64,000 nucleotides of DNA from Eledone cirrhosa (lineage: Eukaryota), in NCBI GenBank assembly GCA_964016885.1, contig OZ024748.1:23312001-23376000 (forward strand). The letters run 5' to 3'. Numbering within the stretch: position 1 is the stretch's first letter; each line of letters starts with the position of its first letter. Both the position numbers and the translations under genes were made by a program. The notes beneath the pieces were generated by a model. The model had not been told where the DNA came from. It searched no databases and saw only the letters and a program-made list of their open reading frames with translations. Shown here in pieces: positions 27,011-39,487 of this stretch.

Positions 27011-27204
27011 CACACTAAGTTCCTCTTCTTAATTATCATACCTAGAATCTTATGAAAGAATACAACAACACTAAGAAAGAGTTGACACGTTGTCTTGTAG
27101 CAAAGTTCTAGATACATTGCCCGAAATAAAGGTATCGATACATAGATATTTAACGATCTTTTTCTGAATAAAAAAAATGCTAAATGCATATGTGTGTGTG
27201 TGGT

Positions 27205-27452
27205 AAGGTATGGTATGGTACGATAACTGCTCATGGAGTCGTATGGTCGCCATGTTGACATAAGCGTGTGGCGTTTGTTGGGCATCTTTAGCTTGGTGGA
27301 CCCCTCCATCTCCGGGCCTCAGTATAGCAGATTTCTTTCAAGATAGAAAGTAAGAGAGATGAGGCGAAAAAGTAATATAGAGGAAGAACCGACCCCAGCA
27401 TTTGACTGGTACTTTTTTTTATCAACCTCGAAAGGATGAAAGTAGACCTCGT
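27205..27452 (-). mobile_element. Long-tailed SINE variant, 3' portion
   Basis: Homologous to 44910-45145 and 18330-18507. Confidence 0.65.
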
Positions 27453-28116
27453 TCCAGCAAATTCAACCATTTATCATTGGGTGAAACAATTCAAAGATGA
27501 CAGTAGATCATCATTTATTGATACTCCTCATTCTGGCCATTCTTGCATAACCACTATTCATGCCAATGTTCAACTCATTCAAAGTATCATTGATGCAGAA
27601 CCAAAACAATCATTGCGTTGCATTGCACATGTTAATGGAATAAACAGAGAAATGGAATAAACAAAGAAAATTTTCTTTCGCTTCATTAGAAAAGGTGACG
27701 GATGAATCGTTGCACTGATTTCGACAATTGCCGAAAGAACGGTTCCAGAAAGAGTTAAATGCTTTGCATAAGCTCTGTAAATATGTTATTACATTCAATG
27801 GAGATTGTGTTTTGCAGAATAAATACATTTTAGTTTCAATATCTTGTGCATTTTCATTTAAAGGGTTATTCTAAGGACTTTAAGCACTGTAAAGATATTA
27901 TTGCATTCAATGGAGATTGTGTTTTGCAGAATAAATACATTTTAGTTTTAATATTTTGTGTATTTTCATTTAAAGGGTTATTCTAAGGACTTTAAGCATT
28001 GTAAAGATATTGCATTCAATGGAGATTATGTTTTGCAGAATAAATAAATTTTAGTTTCAATATGTTGTGCATTTTTATTTAAAGTGTTATTCCAAGGACT
28101 TTATTGCAACACCAAG
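27452..28116 (+). mobile_element. Internally deleted mariner transposon relic
   Basis: N-terminal HTH STIYHWVKQFK..RSS..D.PHSGHS..T joined to C-terminal FASLEKV..*FRQLPKERFQKEL..L...C..VI..NGD. TIR-like end ggactttattgcaacaccaag followed by TA. Confidence 0.8.
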
Positions 28117-28370
28117 TATATATCGATAAATATAACATCAAATTGAAAATAATATCAGAGATCTCGCAATGTGTTCCTTTCGCCATGTTTGTTATCTTAC
28201 CTGTTAGATTGTGTTTGTTGTCAAACTGTCTTTGATAATACTTAATGTTGTTGTTACTTTTGTTGTTGTCATCGTCGTTGCTCTTCATGCTTCTCTCCTT
28301 CTTCTTGTTGTTGTTCTCGAGGATACTCTTGTTGTTCTTCTGGTTTCGTTGTTGTTGTTGATGCTATCGT

Positions 28371-28408
<38 letters not shown>

Positions 28409-28602
28409 CTACTGTTGTTGTTGATGTTGTTGTTTAGCACTAGACAACAAAAACATTTCGATTTTCAAAGACGTTCCTGTCACGATTTCCCCATATTCTT
28501 TCAGGCTTAGTATATCGACATGTCCTTCTTTGAAGGTGGTAATTGTGTGAGGTTTCAGCCAGATTTGGCTGCAATTTCTTGCCGATTGAGCAAATATTTA
28601 CA

Positions 28603-28645
<43 letters not shown>

Positions 28646-29176
28646 CCCTTCTCTCTCTCTTTCTCCGCCTCTCTCTCTCTCCCACTCTCTCTCTCCTTCA
28701 ACCCCCCCTCCTCTCTGTCTCTCTCTCTCTTGCTGTTTGTTCTCACATGTCTTATATTTCTGTTTCGTTAAATTGTCATTTTGTACGGTGAGAAACTAAT
28801 ACATATGTGTGCATGCATTTGTCTGCGTTTGCGTGTGCGTACGTGTGAGTGCGTGTGTGTGAACGTGCAGGGGCCAGAATGTGCAGTATACGCGCGTATT
28901 TATGCGTCTATACGTGTGTGTTTGCACGTGCATGCTAACACTTCCATGCATCCATTTCCACACATAAACAATCAAAATAAATAAATATATGTATATGTAC
29001 AGAGAGACCTATATGCATACATACACGCACACACACATAAACGCCCCCCCCCCATATATATATATATATATTATATATATACACATACATATACATATAT
29101 ATTTACATATATATATATATACACAGATATATATGTATACATTTATATACATATATACACATATATATATATATGT

Positions 29177-29215
<39 letters not shown>

Positions 29216-29621
29216 TATATATGTAGATATATATACTCTATATATTCATACATGCATTCACATACATATATATATATATACATATATATGAATATATGTC
29301 TATGTGTGTATGCGTGCGTTGATCTGTACGTATGTGTACGGAACCATTCTTCAATACACGTTAATTCAGTACATGTAAATACAGATACACATAGGTACAT
29401 ATAAGTACATGCATACACACATATATGTTTCTACATAATTATGTGTGTGTGCGTTTACGTATCTGAATGTATGTGTGTCTGTATATGCGTGTGAATGCGT
29501 ACGCCTATCTATGTTATAACTGAACTGAGTAGAATATAGCCCTGGTTTCTTTTTCTCGTGGGATATATATTTCACATGGGGCTGGGAAAGATATATGTAT
29601 ATATCTGTGAATATAGCTATG

Positions 29622-29655
<34 letters not shown>

Positions 29656-29710
29656 TATATGCATAAATGTACACACACACACACACACACATACATATAT
29701 ATGCATAAAT

Positions 29711-29808
<98 letters not shown>

Positions 29809-29974
29809 AAATGTACTAGTAAAGTTTGTTTTAATAGATAAGTGTACAAACAAAAATAAAACAAATAAGATTGCTTACCAAAGTATTTTTCTGAACATGG
29901 TTTCTTATAGGTTACAGTAATATAAGAGGGATCAGATTATAATATCCAGGTGGAAGATCATGGATCATTAATAT

Positions 29975-30445
29975 TTTTAAATGTATAGGAAAAATAAACA
30001 CTAGGCGTGAAGTATAGCAAAAAGTGAAGAATTTTAACAAAAGTTCCTTCTTTAACATATGTTCCAATACAATATAAATCTACATTAGTGCTGGTTACAT
30101 AATAATATTATTAATATGCCCATTCACTAGCAATACATTAAATATAAGTGGAGATATTTCTACTGCTATCTGCTGTGAATAAAAGGCAACATTCACAGCG
30201 GATAGCAGTAGAAATATCTTTACTGCAAGATGAGACAAACTTACCTTATACTTTGAAATCTTTTTGAAATCTTTCTGAAGAAATGTAATATTTAATGTAT
30301 TGCTAGTGAATGGATATAATAATATTATTAATATAGAACCAGCACTATGTAGACTTATATTGTATTGAAACATATGTAAAACTTTTGGTAAAATTCTTCA
30401 TCTTTCTTTACTTCGTCTAGTATTTGGTTTTCCTATACATTAAAA
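29975..30445 (+). mobile_element. PLE-type element with diverged inverted arms (~29975-30145 / ~30288-30445)
   Basis: Inverted repeat, internal HHR, 3' end in (TA)n. Confidence 0.7.
30272..30381 (+). ncRNA. Type I hammerhead ribozyme with long stem II insertion
   Basis: ttt-CTGAAGA-aatgtaatat...atattgtatt-GAAAC-atat-GTA/aaa. Confidence 0.75.
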
Positions 30446-30546
30446 TATATATATATATAAAGATATATATATGTATGTATATATATATATATCTTTATAT
30501 ATTTTCATATATACACACACGTGCACACACACATATATATATATGC

Positions 30547-30592
<46 letters not shown>

Positions 30593-30612
30593 AGATAGAT
30601 ATATGTATGCAT

Positions 30613-30679
<67 letters not shown>

Positions 30680-30772
30680 ATAATAATAATAATAATAATA
30701 AACAAGAAAGACTGATTTGTTCGTGCATCCCTATTTATTTTATTTTACGTATTTCAAAGACGTTTAGATAAA

Positions 30773-31138
30773 AATATTGTTCATGAATGTGAAGTAGAAA
30801 CGAGTAGTAAGAACTATAGATATATTGGTGCCACTTCTACTAGATTTAAGGAAAGGTGGTACAACCATCACCACTGAGCTGATAAAAGATCTAGCACAGC
30901 CCTGGCGGAACTGATTTGGTCGCTAAAAGGTAAACAAATGGAATACTCCCTTCCTTGGTCAAAACTCTCGCATGCTTTTCTATATATAAATGGATCTATA
31001 TCTAGGAGGTGTGACCTCTGTACTACTTAGACTTTACATGTCATAAATAGTAGGAATAACATTACTAACAAACGCTCTGATATTTTTAATTCTTGTTTAC
31101 ACAAAATGAATAAGACATTTCGTCAAGTATATAGTTAA
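30773..31138 (+). pseudogene. PLE GIY-YIG endonuclease C-terminal domain, 2 in-frame stops
   Basis: NIVHECEV..YRYIGATSTRFKERWYNH..STALAELIWSLK..W..RRCDLCTT*..NKRSDIFNSCLH. Stops at 30875 and 31028. Confidence 0.9.
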
Positions 31139-31492
31139 AACGTCTGTAAAAAATGTTAAACAGACCACCAAATAACCATTCATTATAACATTCATTATAA
31201 CATCAACATCAAAATACAAATATCTAAGATTAGAATTAGTATCTAACTGAATAAAATCTAGTATAAAAAAAAAAAAATATACTAACAATTCATACAGGCC
31301 TTACTATGAGTCAAGCTACAAATCTGGCAACTTGATACCCTAGACAGTTTACAATCAGCAACGCCAATTGGGACAACTCTCTCCCACACATATAAGAACT
31401 TGAGAATTTCGGACATATGCTTACTCGTCGGCGAAGGGAATAACACGTATGACCAATAACATATCAATGGAACTTTACATCTCGTTTTGATA

Positions 31493-31562
31493 TTTGTCTG
31501 AAAAGAACACGTAAGGTAGTTGTTGTACAACTGCCTTACGTGTTTGAAACACGTATAACAAA
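31493..31562 (+). ncRNA. Decayed type I hammerhead in PLE pLTR
   Basis: tttgt-CTGAAAA-18-bp stem II-GAAAC-acgt-ATA/acaaa. G8A change and a stem III mismatch. Confidence 0.7.
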
Positions 31563-31809
31563 ATAAATAGAGATGTACGAACAAAACCGTCTTTCTTGTT
31601 TATTATTATAATAAAACTCCGGATGAACAAAAACTGTGCAGTGCTTTACATTTGTTCAGAAAATGTTGGCAGATTTTCAATCAACCAACTTTCTTCAATT
31701 GAATATATATGCATATATATGTGTGTATATATATATACATAGACACATATATCATATATATATATATTTATACTTTTATATATATATAATACATATAATA
31801 TATGTATAT

Positions 31810-31851
<42 letters not shown>

Positions 31852-31854
<3 letters not shown>

Positions 31855-31957
31855 CGAAGGAAATGTGGTAAGGAACCAGATGGACCATAAAGCACCAAAG
31901 TACTCAATACTCAATACTCGAAACGGCTTGAGCTCAGCCGTCGGGGTCCTACTCGTT

Positions 31958-31962
<5 letters not shown>
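31852..31962 (-). mobile_element. Member of the 2977-family: 3' tail plus an inverted arm beginning at GAAAC
   Basis: Matches 3113-3172 (reverse) and 3050-3093 (forward). (TA)n flanks. Confidence 0.75.
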
Positions 31963-32048
<86 letters not shown>

Positions 32049-32051
32049 TAA

Positions 32052-32130
<79 letters not shown>

Positions 32131-32151
32131 ATATATGTATATATATATATG

Positions 32152-32217
<66 letters not shown>

Positions 32218-32227
32218 ATATAATATA

Positions 32228-32289
<62 letters not shown>

Positions 32290-32442
32290 ACATTAACAGA
32301 GAAAGCTTTAAGCTATACTCTGACTGGCTTCCATCTCACTCAACAAACATTAGGATATACCTTAGTATAATCCCAATTTTACGTTTGGGGTGCTAACTAT
32401 ATGTATTTTGCGGAAAGCCAGTTGTATTATTTTATATGAGAC

Positions 32443-32479
<37 letters not shown>

Positions 32480-32713
32480 TTAGAAACACACAGATACATG
32501 CGGACACACACATATATACATGAATGCATCCGCACCCAACTGTGAGTTAAGGGTGCCAACTTCACCGATGTTGCTCAATGAATGACTGGGACAGACCAAT
32601 CCAGTTTGAACCAGACTGAACCAGTATCAGAGTTAAAAATACATTATGAAGAGAGAAGAAACATTTAGATATAATTAGTAATAAAATGTATCATACCTAA
32701 ACTGCTCCTAAAT

Positions 32714-32801
32714 TCCTCGACTACGTAGTTTCGTGGCATAAACAAAAACAATATATCAAAGATATAGAGTCCTTGCGAGGTCTGCCAACTTATCAAGAGG
32801 A
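32714..32801 (-). ncRNA. Type I hammerhead, U3-A8 core variant (unit 1)
   Basis: tcctc-TTGATAA-gttggca...tgccac-GAAAC-tacgta-GTC/gagga. Predicted cut between 32719 and 32718. Confidence 0.85.
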
Positions 32802-33304
32802 TACCTCATTTTACTAGTCTCAAGAACGCGTCTACACGACGTGAGAAAGAATCCCAAAAGGCGGAGGGGGAGATAGTCACGCGATATAACGGTCGAAAAA
32901 CAGAGCTAAGCCTCTTATAACCACGAAGAAAATACCACGGAGGCGGAGGGGGTATTCATATCGAGGCCGTAGAAGAGGTAGTGAAGAAGGCGAGAAGTAT
33001 GAGTAATGGAAGCTTTCCAGTTGTCCCCACACTTCAAAGATTGCTCGACCAGAGGGAGTTATTAATATATTTAGAAACACACAGATACATGCGGACACAC
33101 ACATATATACATGAATGCATCCGCACCCAACTGTGAGTTAAGGGTGCCAACTTCACCGATGTTGCTCAATGAATGACTGGGACAGACCAATCCAGTTTGA
33201 ACCAGACTGAACCAGTATCAGAGTTAAAAATACATTATGAAGAGAGAAGAAACATTTAGATATAATTAGTAATAAAATGTATCATACCTAAACTGCTCCT
33301 AAAT

Positions 33305-33392
33305 TCCTCGACTACGTAGTTTCGTGGCATAAACAAAAACAATATATCAAAGATATAGAGTCCTTGCGAGGTCTGCCAACTTATCAAGAGGA
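33305..33392 (-). ncRNA. Type I hammerhead, U3-A8 core variant (unit 2)
   Basis: Same sequence as unit 1. Confidence 0.85.
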
Positions 33393-33895
33393 TACCTCAT
33401 TTTACTAGTCTCAAGAACGCGTCTACACGACGTGAGAAAGAATCCCAAAAGGCGGAGGGGGAGATAGTCACGCGATATAACGGTCGAAAAACAGAGCTAA
33501 GCCTCTTATAACCACGAAGAAAATACCACGGAGGCGGAGGGGGTATTCATATCGAGGCCGTAGAAGAGGTAGTGAAGAAGGCGAGAAGTATGAGTAATGG
33601 AAGCTTTCCAGTTGTCCCCACACTTCAAAGATTGCTCGACCAGAGGGAGTTATTAATATATTTAGAAACACACAGATACATGCGGACACACACATATATA
33701 CATGAATGCATCCGCACCCAACTGTGAGTTAAGGGTGCCAACTTCACCGATGTTGCTCAATGAATGACTGGGACAGACCAATCCAGTTTGAACCAGACTG
33801 AACCAGTATCAGAGTTAAAAATACATTATGAAGAGAGAAGAAACATTTAGATATAATTAGTAATAAAATGTATCATACCTAAACTGCTCCTAAAT

Positions 33896-33983
33896 TCCTC
33901 GACTACGTAGTTTCGTGGCATAAACAAAAACAATATATCAAAGATATAGAGTCCTTGCGAGGTCTGCCAACTTATCAAGAGGA
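33896..33983 (-). ncRNA. Type I hammerhead, U3-A8 core variant (unit 3)
   Basis: Same sequence as unit 1. Confidence 0.85.
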
Positions 33984-34486
33984 TACCTCATTTTACTAGT
34001 CTCAAGAACGCGTCTACACGACGTGAGAAAGAATCCCAAAAGGCGGAGGGGGAGATAGTCACGCGATATAACGGTCGAAAAACAGAGCTAAGCCTCTTAT
34101 AACCACGAAGAAAATACCACGGAGGCGGAGGGGGTATTCATATCGAGGCCGTAGAAGAGGTAGTGAAGAAGGCGAGAAGTATGAGTAATGGAAGCTTTCC
34201 AGTTGTCCCCACACTTCAAAGATTGCTCGACCAGAGGGAGTTATTAATATATTTAGAAACACACAGATACATGCGGACACACACATATATACATGAATGC
34301 ATCCGCACCCAACTGTGAGTTAAGGGTGCCAACTTCACCGATGTTGCTCAATGAATGACTGGGACAGACCAATCCAGTTTGAACCAGACTGAACCAGTAT
34401 CAGAGTTAAAAATACATTATGAAGAGAGAAGAAACATTTAGATATAATTAGTAATAAAATGTATCATACCTAAACTGCTCCTAAAT

Positions 34487-34574
34487 TCCTCGACTACGTA
34501 GTTTCGTGGCATAAACAAAAACAATATATCAAAGATATAGAGTCCTTGCGAGGTCTGCCAACTTATCAAGAGGA
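34487..34574 (-). ncRNA. Type I hammerhead, U3-A8 core variant (unit 4)
   Basis: Same sequence as unit 1. Confidence 0.85.
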
Positions 34575-34892
34575 TACCTCATTTTACTAGTCTCAAGAAC
34601 GCGTCTACACGACGTGAGAAAGAATCCCAAAAGGCGGAGGGGGAGATAGTCACGCGATATAACGGTCGAAAAACAGAGCTAAGCCTCTTATAACCACGAA
34701 GAAAATACCACGGAGGCGGAGGGGGTATTCATATCGAGGCCGTAGAAGAGGTAGTGAAGAAGGCGAGAAGTATGAGTAATGGAAGCTTTCCAGTTGTCCC
34801 CACACTTCAAAGATTGCTCGACCAGAGGGAGTTATTAATATATTTAGAAACACACAGATACATGCGGACACACACATATATACATATATAAC

Positions 34893-35161
34893 AGGCTTAG
34901 CTCTGTTTTTCGACCGTTATATCGCGTGACTATCTCCCCCTCCGCCTTTTGGGATTCTTTCTCACGTCGTGTAGACGCGTTCTTGAGACTAGTAAAATGA
35001 GGTATCCTCTTGATAAGTTGGCAGACCTCGCAAGGACTCTATATCTTTGATATATTGTTTTTGTTTATGCCACGATACTACGTAGTCGAGGAATTTAGGA
35101 GCAGTTTAGGTATGATACATTTTATTACTAATTATATCTAAATGTTTCTTCTCTCTTCATA

Positions 35162-35167
<6 letters not shown>
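34893..35167 (+). repeat. 275-bp inverted partial copy of the 591-bp unit, with its HHR (35005-35092) mutated GAAA>GATA
   Basis: Reverse complement of 32639-32913, with T at 35076. Confidence 0.9.
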
Positions 35168-35207
<40 letters not shown>

Positions 35208-35313
35208 AGGATGTGAGTTTTATTGTAGTACAATAAAGCAATGCAGATATCGGATATGTTGATTTAAAACTGCACTATCCACAAGTGTTTTTAACCTTCA
35301 TATCATCTCTTCC

Positions 35314-35384
35314 TATTTTATCTGATGAAAACACAAATGTTATTGCATGATGATATTTGTTTTTGAAATGCGCATAATAAAATA
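35314..35384 (+). ncRNA. Type I hammerhead ribozyme (intact)
   Basis: tattttat-CTGATGA-aaacacaaatgtta..tgatatttgttttt-GAAA-tgcgca-TA/ataaaata. Lies within element ~35203-35422 between (TA)n runs. Confidence 0.9.
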
Positions 35385-35414
35385 CATGGAACTCTTTTAA
35401 CCATCTTTTGATCT

Positions 35415-35460
<46 letters not shown>

Positions 35461-35842
35461 ATACACATATATATGCATACATAAATTCATACACGTATAC
35501 ATGGATATATAGCGAGATATCTGCCTGTCTTCCGACCTAGATACGATTGAGGTGGGTTGATTTGGGTCCTGTTAGCTGAGCATAAGGTTACAGTTGAAGT
35601 TTTGGAGGAGAACGAATCCACATAATTCATAAACAAGCGATAATCTGCGATATCTGGGTCAATACAATTATATAAGACCTTCTTAAAATTAAATGGTGAA
35701 TGGTTGTGCAAAAGAGGATGAAAAGAACTAGAAGCCGACACTAGCTAACCGTATTTTGTATTGTTCCTTGACAACCTTGCCACTGAGCAGGTGGCCGCTC
35801 AAAATAAACTAGAAAACTACAATAAAAAAAAGGAAAGCATAA

Positions 35843-35881
<39 letters not shown>

Positions 35882-35957
35882 CATGCATATATAGATACAT
35901 ACATACGTACATATGTAGCTAAAGACACAAACATACATAGACACACATATATTATCT

Positions 35958-36026
<69 letters not shown>

Positions 36027-36827
36027 TATATTTCTTTATTAGCCACAATAATGCCTAGACACATATATGCATTCATAGATACATACATACATACATACAT
36101 ACATACATAAATGCATATGTAGATAGATATATGCATGCATAGATAGATACATGCATACGTACATACGTAGATACACACATACATACATACATACATACAT
36201 ACATAGAGACATCCGTCCATCAATCTATCCATCCATGCATGCATACATACATACATACATACATACATACATACATACATACATTCTGCATACATACGTA
36301 CGTTCATACATACATACTACATACACATATACGAACATAGCTGCATATATATACACAGATAAGCGTGAATGGTTGCGCAAAGGATGACGAAAGGAATAAT
36401 GCCAACCCCCCCTCCCCACCCGCTACCCCCCCCCCCCCCCCCCCTCCTCGTCCTCCTCACTTTCCTTTGTATCGTTTCTTTACAACTTTTTTCCACTGAG
36501 GCAGGTGGCCCACTCAAAATAAGCTTTAAAACTCCAATCACACATACAAACATAAATATATGTGTGTGTGTATACTCGTGTGTGTGTGTGTGTGTGTGTG
36601 CGTGTGTATATGTGGACGTGTTTATTTGCGTGTGTGTGTTGTATATAAACATATATATATATATATATATATATGTGTATGTGTGTGCGTGCGCATGCGT
36701 GGGTGTCTGTGTGTGAGCTGTCCTTCATTTCGACATTGGGGGATATCCGTACTTTCATCTGGGTACCAGCTCCAAAACATTTGCTAAGGGGCTAAGTAAA
36801 GAAAGACTAAAATGGCTGTATTATTTG

Positions 36828-37043
36828 GGCGGTAGATTGGCAGTATCGGTAGAGCGTAGGACATCCTGCTTCGTGGCATAGAGTTACGGCTCTTTACGTT
36901 CTGAGTTCAAATCCCGCCGAGGTTAGCTTTGCCTTTCATCCTTACGGGGTCGATAAAATAAAGTACCAGTCACACACTGGGGTCAATTTAATCAACTTTC
37001 CCATCTCCAAAAATTGCTGGCCTTCTGCTTAAACCAGAAACCG
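36828..37043 (+). mobile_element. Nin/Deu-domain tRNA SINE
   Basis: Full-length, TSD ttatttgg. Confidence 0.9.
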
Positions 37044-37516
37044 TTATTTGGATAAATACTAAAAACAAAACATAGTTTTTTAAAGAAGATTGTATCAACG
37101 ATGAAGCTGAAAAATCAAAGTGATAAATATCATGCTATGGCATGACTAGAAACCCGAGTTGGCTATCGAATGTTGCAGAACCATCAGGAGAAATTCTAAC
37201 GGACTTCTGTGTTAAATCTAAATGTACCAATTCTACAAAAATGTTAAAGGAGACCTCCATCCTATCTGTTGACTGAAGAGGACGGAGATCTGTTGGGATG
37301 TAAAATAACTAGATTACTTATATTTCGGTGAAAAGGAATTGTACCAGCAAGCTATGTAAGAATATGCTGCTCTTCCGTTAACAATACACCCAAATAACAG
37401 TAGAGTCTGCCTTCGGAAAATTCCTGAAAAGATGATCCCCTATCAAAACAAAAACGAAATATCAGATGTCACCTGTTGGAGATGTGAGGGAACCCAAACA
37501 ATTCTCTGATTCTTTC

Positions 37517-37978
37517 CATGGGCACACCATGGGCTCATCATGGGCACACCATCAGCACACCATGGGCACACCATGGCACACCATGGCACACCATGGCACA
37601 CCATGGCACACCATGGCACACCATGGCACACCATGGCACACCATGGCACACCTTGGGCACACGAAGGGTACACCATGGGCACACCACGGCACACGATGGG
37701 CACACCATCAGCACACCATGGGCACACTATGGGAACACCATCAGCACACCATGGGCACACCATGGCACACCATGGGTTACATCATGGGCACACCATCAGC
37801 ACACCATGGACACACCATGGGTACACCATGGGCACACCATAGGCACACCATCAGCACACCATTGGCACACCATGGGCACACCATGGACACACCATGAGCA
37901 CACCATGGGCACATCATGAGCACACCATGGGCACACCATGGGAACATCATGGGCTCACCATGGGCTCACCATGGACAC
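37517..37978. repeat. 10/11-bp minisatellite (catgg(g)cacac)n
   Basis: Direct inspection. A shorter inverted copy lies at 42985-43075. Confidence 0.95.
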
Positions 37979-37979
37979 A

Positions 37980-38320
37980 AACTAACTCCTTCTCGTGTCA
38001 CCATATCAAACGCATTGGTTTTCTTTTCAGATGTCCTCACTTGTAAAAAATACATTCTATCAACATCCTTACTGTTCACGACTGCCTCTTGGATGAGAAA
38101 GCCAGAAGTCAGACTTGAAACGTTAACCAAAATCTGCTTCCATATTGAAAAATCTGAATTACTACTTAAACTGATATTTTAGTTCGGCTATTTCCATTGT
38201 CAATATCCAATGGTTATTGGATAGTCGCAGAAAGTATTTTCATATGAAACAATTTCCAAGATAAGGGAATCATCTGAAAAAAAAATCAACAACAACTTTT
38301 CCTAAATGAAAAAAGCCGCG
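37980..38320 (-). repeat. Segment duplicated in inverted orientation at 42643-42985, containing exon-like block 38041-38273
   Basis: High similarity by eye, AG/GT borders. Confidence 0.75.
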
Positions 38321-38420
38321 ATAATAAAGATTTGGCAGCCCCACGTTCTGGTGTTGGTAGCTTAGAAATAAATAGAAATAATTAAAACATACAGTCACAG
38401 AAGCGATCAACCAAAATATT

Positions 38421-38602
38421 AATTGTTTCTACTTTAGGCACAAGGCCAGCAATTACCCAGTGCATTACTGGTACTTTATTTTATCGACCCCGTAAGGATG
38501 AAAGGCAAAGTCAACCTCGGCGGGATTTGAACTCAGATCGTAAAGGCACGTAACTATGCTGGAAAGCATGGCGTCCGAACCTCTACCGATACTGCCAATC
38601 CA
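38421..38602 (-). mobile_element. Nin/Deu-domain tRNA SINE
   Basis: TSD-like gatcaaccaaaata at 38405 and 38609. Confidence 0.9.
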
Positions 38603-38807
38603 CATATTGATCAACCAAAATAATAATAATATCCGATTTAGGAATAAGAAAATCGATCAAATTGATGTATCATTGGTTATTTATTTTATCGAGTTCGCAA
38701 AGAAATAAAGCAAAGTTGACTTCGGCGGGATTCGAACTCAGAACGTAAAAAGCCACATCGTCGATACGAGGCTAATAATTAAATTACCAGTCCCATACTA
38801 ATATTCG

Positions 38808-38838
<31 letters not shown>

Positions 38839-38988
38839 TCTCTCTCAGACACACAAAAACACACATGCAAACACGCATACCCTTACACAAACACACACGC
38901 ACACTCACACACACACATACACACATATGCAAACACGCATACACATGCACATACACCCACCCACATAGACACACACACACAGGCACAG

Positions 38989-39026
<38 letters not shown>

Positions 39027-39128
39027 ATGCAAACACACCCATGCAAACACGCATACAGATACACATGCACACACACACACATACACATACACACACGCAC
39101 ATACACATACACACACATATATATATAC

Positions 39129-39251
<123 letters not shown>

Positions 39252-39409
39252 ATGAGAATGTTATAATGCATGTTGCATGTACAGTGGAGCATATGCAAAT
39301 TTTGGAGATGGAGCATGTGAGAAAATGGGAGCAAGCTTATGCATTACTGCCACTTACACACAACATCACACACAAACGTTCGCACCATCACACACACACA
39401 AACACACCG

Positions 39410-39487
<78 letters not shown>

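Larger units (their letters stand above)
30677..31705 (+). mobile_element. 5'-truncated Penelope-like retroelement (Naiad-type) with inverted 5' pLTR
   Basis: GIY-YIG remnant and HHR. ~30690-30764 is an inverted copy of ~31538-31610. (TA)n on both sides. Confidence 0.85.
32472..34885 (-). mobile_element. Tandem array of a 591-bp HHR-bearing non-autonomous retroelement (4 units + 50 bp)
   Basis: Exact 591-bp period (ORF copies at 32877, 33468, 34059, 34650), one HHR per unit, (TA)n flank. Confidence 0.9.

Noticed and set aside
30875-31340. Selenocysteine recoding of the in-frame TGA in the PLE GIY-YIG (some Naiads are selenoproteins)
   Set aside because: The TGA is not at a conserved Cys, a TAG is also present, and the ATGA..AAA..TGA segment near 31305 does not form a SECIS helix.
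32877-34877. 75-aa ORF repeated four times
   Set aside because: No recognisable motif, and it starts in a TG-rich junction. It reflects the 591-bp repeat unit only.
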